In this document: in pieces, positions 39,777-48,777 of the stretch
Layout: each line of letters opens with the position of its first letter
How positions within the stretch are numbered: the stretch's first letter is position 1
Source of the DNA: Verrucomicrobiota bacterium
Lineage (GTDB): Bacteria; Verrucomicrobiota; Verrucomicrobiia; Opitutales; JABDGR01
Reading direction: 5' to 3'
Assembly: GCA_048497935.1 (NCBI GenBank)
Contig: JBEHYY010000001.1
Location: 129,977-193,976 of the forward strand
Length of the DNA: 64,000 nucleotides
The notes under the pieces: model-generated
Database searches by the model: none
What the model saw: the letters and a program-made list of their open reading frames with translations, nothing else
Told to the model about the DNA's origin: nothing
Program-made: the position numbers and the translations under genes

Positions 39777-42203
39777 TTAAGGATGCTGGGATGGGGGTTT
39801 CCTCCTCGCATCGTTTCGCGCCTGGATGCTTTTTGCATTGCTTATTTGGCTCTGAACCGAAATGCGCTGCCCATAGGTGAGCGGGGCTGATTGAAGGACG
39901 GTGGTGGCCGCCACAGGGTCATACACTGCCCACCCAGTAAGCGCCTGCCCAATAGTGATATAGCGATTATCGTCGGTACTCGAAGTGAGCGCTAGAGCAT
40001 AGGCGGCAGCCCCGTTGTTTAGGGCTTGGGTGGGAATGACTCTTTGCATGACACTATCACGCTCAGCCCCGACCGGAATGGACTCCACAAATTTCGCGGC
40101 CGCCGAGGCATCCTGTTGCGCCAAATTGTCTGCGATGATAGGTGTGGCAAAGGAACGGGAATTGCCCGGCGGGAGTGTCATAACAGCCTGCGCGGCTGCC
40201 ACAGGGTTGGTTTTGCTCAAAAAAACAGCGATCTCAGCCTGGGCCGCCTTGGTCGCCGGCGTCCCTGCCGGTAAGTTATTGAGGGCGTAATTCCAAGCTT
40301 CCACCGCATCGATATGAGAAAAGCCCGCCACTGCTGCGGCCATTGCACTATCCCGGGTTGGTCCGGGGGGGAGGGATTCCGTCCAAGCCAAGGCGGCTTT
40401 GCTGTCACTTTTAGCCCAATCGTCTGCGACGCCGATGACTGCTGCACGCGCATTTGGGTCCGTTATCAGACTTTGGGCATAAGCAGCTGCTGAGGAGGGG
40501 TCTTTCACCGCAATGGTGTCAATTATTTGCCTCCATGCTTTCTGTCGGACAGAGTCGGGAACGTCCTGCGCGAGCCCTTGGGCCCAGTTGATTGCCGATT
40601 GGAAATCTTGCTTCGCTAGCGAAGAAGCTACGTGCAGGATTAAATCGTCGCGGCTGGAACTGGCCGGCATCTGGGCTATGTAGACTGAGGCATCTACAGG
40701 ATTTGCATTGACCATCTGCCCCAATAGACTGGCTAAGGCCGAATCATAGATGTCGCCGGTCAGGTTTGTATTGGCCCACGCCAAGGCGGAAGCAGCGTCC
40801 CCTTTGGCCCAGCCATTTAACGTTCCCATAACATATTTGTCCCGGAGGGCGCTTTCCGGCAGCCGGGAAATATAGGCCAAAGCATCAAGGGGATGTTCTT
40901 GGGCCATTTGGCCAAGAATTGAGTAGACGGAAGTGTCATGCATTGTGCCGTCGGCATTTTGATCAAGCCACGCTAGAGTGGCGGCGGGGTCAGAATTGGC
41001 CCAGACTGACGCTAAAACGCCAATCAGATGGTCGCGAGACACTCCCTGCGCCATGTCGGCGATATAGTCAGCAGCAGCTTGATGGTCTTTAATCACGTAG
41101 GCCCGCACGCTTTCGGCGAGGGCCTGGTTCCGTTCCCCATTGGGCGGCAGCGATTGGGCCGCCTGAAGCGCCGCCAGCGGGTCGGTGGCTGCCCAGCTTT
41201 TAAAAACACTCTGGATGGCGGCCAATCGACCTGCTCCTGCTGGAATACTCTGTAGAGCTGTAAAAGCTTCCACCGGGTTTTGCGCGCCCCACTTTTGAAA
41301 CAAATTGCCATAGGTGGCCGGTGCTTGCTGGCCTGCGGGCAAACCAGCGAGGGTCTTCAGCGCCTCCGCCGGATTGCTATTGGCCAAGTAGCCGATGATG
41401 GTGTTTTGGAGACTTTGACGCGTGCTTGGGTTATCCACCTGGTTCAAGGCCGCCAAGGCGGCGGCGGGGTCCAGGCGCCCCCAATGGTCAAAAACCATGC
41501 GGAGGAAATCCGTTTTGCCTTGGCCGGGGGGCAGGCGTTTGGCGGCCGCGACGGCACCGAGGGGGTCTTTGCCTTCCGCCCAGGCAGCCAGCACGGTATT
41601 CACCCCCACGATGCGGAAGGAAGCATTTTTCAGGGCAAAAGCGGCGGCCAGAGCGGCCTTGGGGTCGGTTGCCGCCCAAAGAGTGAAGACACTATTCAGC
41701 AAAGCTGGATCCCCGCTGCGGAGGGAAATGATAGTCGCGTAGGCCAGGGCGGCCTGTGGGTCGGCGGCGGTCCATTTCGCCAAAATCATATCATTGATAG
41801 CTTGCCGGGCTAATTCCCTCGGGCAATTGCGCATCTGATCCAGTAGGCTGGCTAGTTGTGCCACGGGGGTTTTCTCGACTAGTTTGGCAATCGCCAGCAA
41901 ACGCTCCGTGCCGGCATATTGCCGCATGATTTTTCCCAAGGCGCTCTGTGGATCCCAAGCTACGTTGTGCGGTGTGGCGGCGGTGCTGCCCGGTGCGAAC
42001 GCTGGTGGACGCGCGTAGCCCACCTTGGCGGTGGGGGAAAATGGTGTCTTTGGCCTGGCGTGAAAACCCAAGCTCCATCCTAAAATGAAAACCCCCGCAT
42101 AGGCTAGCACCGCGATCATGACCGGACCACTTCGCCAACCTCTCGACGAGGGTATTCCCGGCTTAGGCGCGCAATCGCGAGAATGTTGCGATTCAGATGG
42201 CAT
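39777..42203 (-). CDS. Membrane-anchored alpha-solenoid repeat protein, type A copy 2
   Basis: Colinear paralog of 33907-36261 (NVAWDP..EKTPVAQLA..AKWTAADPQ). Confidence 0.85.
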   Translation of the reverse strand: MPSESQHSRDCAPKPGIPSSRGWRSGPVMIAVLAYAGVFILGWSLGFHARPKTPFSPTAKVGYARPPAFAPGSTAATPHNVAWDPQSALGKIMRQYAGTERLLAIAKLVEKTPVAQLASLLDQMRNCPRELARQAINDMILAKWTAADPQAALAYATIISLRSGDPALLNSVFTLWAATDPKAALAAAFALKNASFRIVGVNTVLAAWAEGKDPLGAVAAAKRLPPGQGKTDFLRMVFDHWGRLDPAAALAALNQVDNPSTRQSLQNTIIGYLANSNPAEALKTLAGLPAGQQAPATYGNLFQKWGAQNPVEAFTALQSIPAGAGRLAAIQSVFKSWAATDPLAALQAAQSLPPNGERNQALAESVRAYVIKDHQAAADYIADMAQGVSRDHLIGVLASVWANSDPAATLAWLDQNADGTMHDTSVYSILGQMAQEHPLDALAYISRLPESALRDKYVMGTLNGWAKGDAASALAWANTNLTGDIYDSALASLLGQMVNANPVDASVYIAQMPASSSRDDLILHVASSLAKQDFQSAINWAQGLAQDVPDSVRQKAWRQIIDTIAVKDPSSAAAYAQSLITDPNARAAVIGVADDWAKSDSKAALAWTESLPPGPTRDSAMAAAVAGFSHIDAVEAWNYALNNLPAGTPATKAAQAEIAVFLSKTNPVAAAQAVMTLPPGNSRSFATPIIADNLAQQDASAAAKFVESIPVGAERDSVMQRVIPTQALNNGAAAYALALTSSTDDNRYITIGQALTGWAVYDPVAATTVLQSAPLTYGQRISVQSQISNAKSIQARNDARRKPPSQHP

Positions 42204-42239
42204 AAGATCCAATTGTTGGCAGAAATGCGCTTATTGACG

Positions 42240-44585
42240 TTATCTACTTGTATCCAATCCGGACGCCGGGGCTAAAGGGACCGCGATAAGCTGACGCGGG
42301 GCCTCATCATCTCTTGGGACACGCATCCCCACCCCCGACTGGGAGAGACCAGGTGAAATGGTGATTGATTGATTATGGACATTCATGGAGATCCCGCCGC
42401 TGTTTTTAAAAATAGCATTGGCTTGTTGCATTTGGTTGTACCGCGCCAAGGCCGCGTCATGCAATGATCCTGGCGGAAGATGCTTAACCCACTCGGTCGC
42501 AATTGCGGGATCGCTCGACATCCACTCAGTTATTAGGAAATTGGCGGTATTGGTGGAGACCTGCCCAAGTGTATCCTCGGGAAGTGAAGCCATCGCTTGG
42601 GCCGAAGCGGCGGGATCAGTCCGGCTCCAAGCATATATAATGCCTTGAAATTGATTAGTATAGCCTTCGGTCCGCCAGTATTCGATGGCATTGGCCCATG
42701 CGCCAGGGCCATCGGACACCGCCATGCCGACCAAGGCTGCACCAACCGTGCTTTCCCGTGCTTCCCCAGGCAAAGTCTCCGCCCAAGCCAGCGCTTCCTT
42801 CGGGTAGGTTTTCGCCCAGTTTTGAGCTAGATTTCCGGCGAGTGCATTGTAATTTGTATTCTGGTTGTTATCGCGGACGAACGCCGCTGCGCTGGCCGGA
42901 TCGGCTTTGGCCCAGGTATTAATTATGCCCGCTAGGGCATTGCTTCGTGCTGTGCCAGAAACGGTATCAGGAAGATTCCTTACCCAATTAATTGCACCTT
43001 GAATGTCCTCCCTGGCCATTGAAGCCGCCAAGCTCGCAATGGCTTTGTCGCGCGTGGCGCCCATGGCCAACTGACGGACATAGTCCATCGCCGCCATGGG
43101 ATTGGCTTGGACCAACAATGGTAGGACTGCCGCGAAGGCCGTATCTTGCGCATTACCGCTAAGGTTGGCCTGCGCCCAAGCCATGGCGGCGGCAGGGTCT
43201 TGCTTACCCCAGTTCGCGAGGGAATCCTGCAGGTATTTCTCACTCAAAGCACTTGGGGCCATTTGGACGATGTAGGCCATGGCCGCCTCAGGATCCAAAT
43301 TGACGATTTTGCCTAAAACCTCACTCACGGCAGCATCGTGGGTGGAACCGGAGGTGTTTTTGTCGAGCCAAGTTAAGGCAGCAGATGGGTCGGCATCAGC
43401 CCATAAGCCTGCCACCAGGCGATTGACCAGATTGTTGCGAACGGTTCCCGGCGGCAAAGATGCCAGATATTCGCCCGCAGCTTGGGAGTCTTGAAGAGCA
43501 AAGTTGGGCAGGGCTAATTCGATGGCCTTGTCCCGGTCGGGGCCGGGAGGAAATTGTTGCGCGGCACGAAGGGCCGCCAGGGGATCAACTTCCGCCCAGC
43601 CGTTAAAAGCACCATCGACCGCTGCCGTCCGGGTGCTGCCTACAGGCAAATCCCGCAGGGCGGCATAAGCCGCGTCGTGGTCTTGCCGCGACCACGCCTG
43701 AAATACATGGAGGTAAATTTGCGGTGATTTTTGATTGGTAGGCAGGCCATTAAGCAACCTGACAGCCTCAATCGGGTCGCTGTAAGCCAAATTACTTAAA
43801 ATGATGCCCTGGACGGTACTGCGCATCTCGGCGTTGGCAATTTCGCCCACATGGACCCAGGCCGCCAGCGGGTCCACTTCCGACCAGCGTTGATATAGCC
43901 ACCGTTCCTCGTTGGCAATGGCGGTGTTGGGCGGCAGGCTCTTGAGCGCAGCCAAGGCGCCAAGCGGGTCTTCGCCTTGCACCCATTGGTTCAGGACTTT
44001 GGTGACGGCGTCCTGCCGGAAGGCGGCGTTGTCGAGCTTGAGCGCGGCGCCCAAGGCGGTTTGGGGGTCAATCCGCGCCCACTTGCCAAGGATGCCCGAA
44101 ATCGGCGAGCGATCGGGCGTGGTTGTTCGCATCGTCGGTAGGGCATTGGCCAGGGCGCCTGGCGGGTCAGCCGCCACCCATTTAGCATAGGCAAAATCAA
44201 CAAGATGCTGGCGCACGGCGGCATCGGGGCATTGAGCGGCTTGTTGGATGAGTGCTCCAAGCTCAGAGACGGGGGTGGCCTCCACCCATTGTGCCACAGC
44301 TAAAATGCGATCACCACCAGAGTATTTGTGCAAGATATCTGCCAGTATGTTTTTAACGCCGCGATTGCTGGTTGGCAGATCGAAAACGGTCTTTGAGTCG
44401 GATGAAGCATACAATGTGCTTTCAGTCTTACTCGGAATCATATAACGGCCATATCCCCAGCCGGCGGCAAAAACCGCCAAAGCGGTTAAAATGGCTGCCG
44501 TGCGATGCACGGCAAGGCGTCGATTTGAGGGTGCCCGATTGGGCTGCCCCATGGGATCGATTGCTCCCTGTTGAGCTTGGCTCAT
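42240..44585 (-). CDS. Membrane-anchored alpha-solenoid repeat protein, type B copy 2
   Basis: Colinear paralog of 36287-38647 (GWGYGR, RWSEVDPLAAW, WADADP). Confidence 0.85.
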   Translation of the reverse strand: MSQAQQGAIDPMGQPNRAPSNRRLAVHRTAAILTALAVFAAGWGYGRYMIPSKTESTLYASSDSKTVFDLPTSNRGVKNILADILHKYSGGDRILAVAQWVEATPVSELGALIQQAAQCPDAAVRQHLVDFAYAKWVAADPPGALANALPTMRTTTPDRSPISGILGKWARIDPQTALGAALKLDNAAFRQDAVTKVLNQWVQGEDPLGALAALKSLPPNTAIANEERWLYQRWSEVDPLAAWVHVGEIANAEMRSTVQGIILSNLAYSDPIEAVRLLNGLPTNQKSPQIYLHVFQAWSRQDHDAAYAALRDLPVGSTRTAAVDGAFNGWAEVDPLAALRAAQQFPPGPDRDKAIELALPNFALQDSQAAGEYLASLPPGTVRNNLVNRLVAGLWADADPSAALTWLDKNTSGSTHDAAVSEVLGKIVNLDPEAAMAYIVQMAPSALSEKYLQDSLANWGKQDPAAAMAWAQANLSGNAQDTAFAAVLPLLVQANPMAAMDYVRQLAMGATRDKAIASLAASMAREDIQGAINWVRNLPDTVSGTARSNALAGIINTWAKADPASAAAFVRDNNQNTNYNALAGNLAQNWAKTYPKEALAWAETLPGEARESTVGAALVGMAVSDGPGAWANAIEYWRTEGYTNQFQGIIYAWSRTDPAASAQAMASLPEDTLGQVSTNTANFLITEWMSSDPAIATEWVKHLPPGSLHDAALARYNQMQQANAIFKNSGGISMNVHNQSITISPGLSQSGVGMRVPRDDEAPRQLIAVPLAPASGLDTSR

Positions 44586-44613
44586 GGGATGATAGGGTGA
44601 ATTTAACTTAAAT

Positions 44614-44646
44614 AAATTATAGCCGCTCAAAACAAACGTCAATACC
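44614..44646 (-). promoter_or_regulatory. Conserved promoter-like motif upstream of solenoid pair 2
   Basis: Minus strand GGTATTGACGTTTG-..-TATAATTT. Confidence 0.55.
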
Positions 44647-44651
44647 AGAGC

Positions 44652-45350
44652 TCACGGAATGGGTTGGTCCTTTTGTTCTCGACGTTGCCACAATATTGCC
44701 TGTTTCTCCAAAGGCCAGCACCGGTAATGGGTGACCAGTAGCTTAATTGCGTCTGGTTGGCGCGTTTGGGCTATTCGACTATGGCCCTTTTCGGAGAAAT
44801 ACTTTTCGCTTCCAAAGGGGTAACATGAAGTGAAAATGTAATTCACTTTTTGCTCAACGCAGGCATGTAAAACCTCAAGCGGATTGTGCATATGCTCCAA
44901 TACCTCACCAAAAATGGCCAGGTCCCTGTTCGCGACTAAGGCAGCGTAATCAGTGGGGATGTGGTATGCCAAACCCGCTAGATTTTCTCTTCTAAAACGT
45001 GCCAGCGCGAATTGTATGGCCTCAGGATCAATATCGTAAATGGCGACATCCGCTCCCAACCGTGAAAAATACAGACCGTAATCGGCGACTAGACACCCGT
45101 AATCCAGAATTTTCAAATCGGCGATTTGCCCACCTAAAACAACGATCCGTTGATGGATACGGGCTGCTTCATGATAGCGAGTATAGTCCATCATGGTGCG
45201 TATAATTTTAGGATTTATGCCATACTCGCGGCACCGCTCAATTCGATCTTCTTGGGGAATATTCGCTAATTCATGAATCAACTCCTTCGATACCGAGTAA
45301 TAAGCGGCCAACATACCGGCACGGTCCTCAGATGATTTTCCTTCGTGCAT
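44652..45350 (-). CDS. Class I SAM-dependent methyltransferase
   Basis: ILDYGC, YDID, EVLEHM motifs. Confidence 0.85.
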   Translation of the reverse strand: MHEGKSSEDRAGMLAAYYSVSKELIHELANIPQEDRIERCREYGINPKIIRTMMDYTRYHEAARIHQRIVVLGGQIADLKILDYGCLVADYGLYFSRLGADVAIYDIDPEAIQFALARFRRENLAGLAYHIPTDYAALVANRDLAIFGEVLEHMHNPLEVLHACVEQKVNYIFTSCYPFGSEKYFSEKGHSRIAQTRQPDAIKLLVTHYRCWPLEKQAILWQRREQKDQPIP

Positions 45351-45512
45351 AAGTTTCTATTTGAAAATCTGAACATATATTCAAACAGATCCCAATATTT
45401 AAACGCGATGAAGAATCCGCGAACGAGCTAGCGAGCAGATTATTTGCTGTTTTCGGCAATAGGATAGTACACCGCCCTAGGAGGTCGATCGCCCCCACTA
45501 GCAACAAAAACT

Positions 45513-45533
45513 TGTAACCCCTTTTTGTAACCC
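45513..45533. promoter_or_regulatory. Tandem putative integrase arm sites (right end)
   Basis: TGTAACCC-CTTTT-TGTAACCC. Confidence 0.6.
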
Positions 45534-45671
45534 GGTGGCTGAAAATGAGTCACTTGGAGAGCATTCAGGAGCACTCCAGTTGAAGCAGTAAATTGCGTAA
45601 TTTATTGTTTTGCATACTCTAGCGCACTCAGGACGATGTCAGCCAATTACATCAAAAAATATCGTTTTACA

Positions 45672-45710
45672 TTAGAAAACTGCTGCTCTATCCGCCTGAG
45701 CTACGCCCCC
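45672..45710 (-). repeat. att core, right copy = displaced 5' half of tRNA-Arg
   Basis: 39-bp identity to 24561-24599, ending at the anticodon loop. Confidence 0.95.
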
Positions 45711-45731
45711 CGTGCTTGACGGTCGCCCTTC

Positions 45732-45759
45732 AGTCTGCCCGATTCCGCGGCCACGGCAA
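45732..45759 (-). promoter_or_regulatory. Possible original tRNA promoter
   Basis: TTGCCG-N16-CAGACT just upstream of the tRNA 5' fragment. Confidence 0.35.
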
Positions 45760-46152
45760 GGAAATCTCCGGGTAGGTTGAAATATGTGGAGTTTTGCCCG
45801 CCGATCAAAAAACGATGGTTTATTCATCCGATCCCGAAGAAACGCGTGCGGCAAATTTCACGCCGAATGCCGCGATTACAAAGTTATCCCCGGGCATCTA
45901 GGGTGAATATCTACCGTTAAATGACGTTAAAATGACCTTCGTGTCGATTAGTTACCTTTGCCACGAAATAATTTCATTTAGTTTTCAAAAACATCTTGCG
46001 ACATGGAAAGTGAATTGTTCTAACCGGGCATAGCCAAGTGTATTAAACCCTTTTCCGACCGTTAGTCCATGGATGCCTACAGTGGAGTTTTACGCTGATT
46101 CTCAGAACCCTGCGTCCAACTACCCCTTCCCCAACCTTAACTCCATCCACTT

Positions 46153-48186
46153 ATGCACGCGTTCTCCCGCCTCCGCCATTCCCCGCAACAATCGCTTCCC
46201 TTGCGCCTTTCCCTCTGGGTGGCGTGTTTGGCTGGCGCCTTATTGCTGGGGAGCCCCACCCTCCATGCCGCGGACCAAACCGTGACCGGCAACCTGACGG
46301 TGACCGCCAATGCGACGGTCGCCAATGATTTCGACGCGGGCTGGAGCTGGGTGACGCTTACCGGCACGGAAAAGCCGGGCAACAGCGGCACGTGGCTGCA
46401 CTTCAACCTGGACCTGAGCGACATCACCACCGTCGCCAGTGCCACGACCTATGTCATCCCCGGCCTCAACATTGGCGTGACCAATGGGACCATCGCCAAC
46501 GTGGTCAACACGGGCTACAACCCGAACACCTCCTGGACCTGGCAGGAAGGGCTGACCAACGTGGTCGGCGGAGTACTGTACTTCAATGGCACCCCGGCGA
46601 CGCAAATGAGCCTGTCCAACCTCGGCGTGCTCACCGTTTACAACGCCTCCAATGCCAGCAACACCCTGACCCTCGACCCAGCCAACCAGAAGATCGTGTT
46701 TAGCAGCGGCGTGACGCTCGCTGGCAATGCCACCACCCTTTCCATCTACTCGGGCACCACGGGCATCGCCCTGGGCACCTTGGCCACGGCCAATGGCACC
46801 GGCGCGGTCGCCATGGGCAATGGCAGCATTGCCTCGGGCACCAACGCCACAGCCATGGTGGGCGGCACTGCCTCGGCGGCCAACGCGATGGCTTTTGGCC
46901 TGAGCACCACGGCCAATGCCACCGGCGCCGTCGCTCTAGGCAACGGCAGTATCGCTTCCGGGGCCAATGCCACAGCCATCGGCCCTGTCGCCACGGCCAA
47001 CGCCACCGGAGCCATCGCCATCGGTGACCATACCGTGGCCTCGGTCTATGACTCCGTGGTGGTCGGCCATTACAATGACAGCAGCCTTACGGGCAGCACC
47101 TCCTCCTGGGTGGGCAAGGATCCCGCGTTCGTCGTTGGCATCGGCAACAGCGGCACTCCGGCCAACGGTTTGGTGATCCTTAATAATGGCGATATTTATT
47201 CGGGCACCAGTGCCACCTATGACAGCGTAAGTGGCGCGCCGTACGGCACAGGAAATTATTTTGCCTGGATCCCAACCACCGGAACTTTTGTGGCCGCCAC
47301 CAATATTCAAAGCGGTTCCAATGTGAGTTACAACGGACAAGTGGTCCTCGGCGATCACGTGAAAAGTATCGGTATTGGTTCGGTGGCCATTGGCGCCGGG
47401 GCTTGGTCTGTTAACACGGGCGCGGTCGCAGAAGGATATGTGGTGAATGCTTTTGCACTCGGCTCCGTGGCATTGGGAGAATTGAGCGACGCGCATACAC
47501 AAGGCTCAATCGCCATGGGCTATAACAGCGGCGCCATCGGCGGGTATGGTTCCGTTGCCTTGGGCATGAATTCTCTGGCCTGGAGTGATGGTGATTTTGC
47601 CTCTGGCAATTATAGCTCAAGCACCGGGGCTGGCTCAGTGGGCATTGGCAATACTTCCACGTCCAACGGCATCGGCGCAATTGCCATGGGCAACCTGACC
47701 AACGCCACCGGCAATGGCACGCTCGCCCTGGGCAACACTGTCACCGCCACCGGCAATGGCACTATTGTCATGGGTAATGTCAGCACCTCAACAGCCAATG
47801 GCGCTTTAGCCTTGGGCAACAATATCACCATCACGACCAATGCGACCGTCAACGGCACCGGCTCGGTCGCACTGGGCAACAACCTGACGGTGACCACAGA
47901 CCACGCCTTCGTCGCCGGGCAATGGGCTGGCGTGAGCAACGGCAGCGGCAACTTCACCGTCGGCGGCAGCGGCCCAACCTCTCCCCTCCTCGTTTTGGGC
48001 AATGGCACCAGCTCGGGCAACCTTGGCACGGCCTTCAAAGTGCTCAAAAACGGCGATGCCACCGTCTATGGCAATGCCACCATCGGCACCAGCACCACCA
48101 ACGCGACTCTTTCCGGCAATGTCACGCTAACCAAACGCCAAGGGGACATTATCATGGGCAGCTTTGGCAACGGCGGCGGAGACTAA
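46153..48186 (+). CDS. Secreted fibre/adhesin with YadA-head (Hep_Hag) repeats, no autotransporter anchor
   Basis: Signal peptide; 14-aa A/S-x-A-x-G repeats; GNG..AFKVLKNG motifs; C-terminus KRQGDIIMGSFGNGGGD. Confidence 0.85.
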   Translation: MHAFSRLRHSPQQSLPLRLSLWVACLAGALLLGSPTLHAADQTVTGNLTVTANATVANDFDAGWSWVTLTGTEKPGNSGTWLHFNLDLSDITTVASATTYVIPGLNIGVTNGTIANVVNTGYNPNTSWTWQEGLTNVVGGVLYFNGTPATQMSLSNLGVLTVYNASNASNTLTLDPANQKIVFSSGVTLAGNATTLSIYSGTTGIALGTLATANGTGAVAMGNGSIASGTNATAMVGGTASAANAMAFGLSTTANATGAVALGNGSIASGANATAIGPVATANATGAIAIGDHTVASVYDSVVVGHYNDSSLTGSTSSWVGKDPAFVVGIGNSGTPANGLVILNNGDIYSGTSATYDSVSGAPYGTGNYFAWIPTTGTFVAATNIQSGSNVSYNGQVVLGDHVKSIGIGSVAIGAGAWSVNTGAVAEGYVVNAFALGSVALGELSDAHTQGSIAMGYNSGAIGGYGSVALGMNSLAWSDGDFASGNYSSSTGAGSVGIGNTSTSNGIGAIAMGNLTNATGNGTLALGNTVTATGNGTIVMGNVSTSTANGALALGNNITITTNATVNGTGSVALGNNLTVTTDHAFVAGQWAGVSNGSGNFTVGGSGPTSPLLVLGNGTSSGNLGTAFKVLKNGDATVYGNATIGTSTTNATLSGNVTLTKRQGDIIMGSFGNGGGD

Positions 48187-48777
48187 CCGTCCAGCCCTAC
48201 TTTTAACCACAAGCAACCTAACCCTCATCCACCATGCATGCGTTCCTCCACCTCCGTCAGTCGATGCAAAATCTTTTCGTGCCCCGGCGTTCCCGCCTCG
48301 GTGCTTGGCTGGCCGGCGCCTTATTGCTGGGGAGCCCCACCCTCCATGCCGCGGACCAAACCGTGACCGGCAACCTGACGGTGACCGCCAATGCGACGGT
48401 CGCCAATGATTTCGACGCGGGCTGGAGCTGGGTGACGCTTACCGGCACGGAAAAGCCGGGCAACAGCGGCACGTGGCTGCACTTCAACCTGGACCTGAGC
48501 GACATCACCACCGTCGCCAGTGCCACGACCTATGTCATCCCCGGCCTCAACATTGGCGTGACCAATGGGACCATCGCCAACGTGGTCAACACGGGCTACA
48601 ACCCGAACACCTCCTGGACCTGGCAGGAAGGGCTGACCAACGTGGTCGGCGGAGTACTGTACTTCAATGGCACCCCGGCGACGCAAATGAGCCTGTCCAA
48701 CCTCGGCGTGCTCACCGTTTACAACGCCTCCAATGCCAGCAACACCCTGACCCTCGACCCAGCCAACCAGAAGATCG
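46234..48777 (+). repeat. 463-bp identical direct repeat (46234-46696 = 48315-48777)
   Basis: Identical by eye at offset 2081; encodes shared N-terminal domain. Confidence 0.9.

Larger units (their letters stand above)
24561..45710. mobile_element. ~21 kb tRNA-Arg-integrated genomic island, probably immobilised
   Basis: 39-bp terminal direct repeats, adjacent integrase remnant, lower GC, accessory cargo. Confidence 0.92.

Noticed and set aside
45672-45710. Second tRNA gene
   Set aside because: Only the 5' half; no T-arm or 3' acceptor strand, so it is the att remnant
46234-48777. Diversity-generating retroelement TR/VR pair
   Set aside because: Copies are identical with no adenine-specific mismatches, and no reverse transcriptase is in the window
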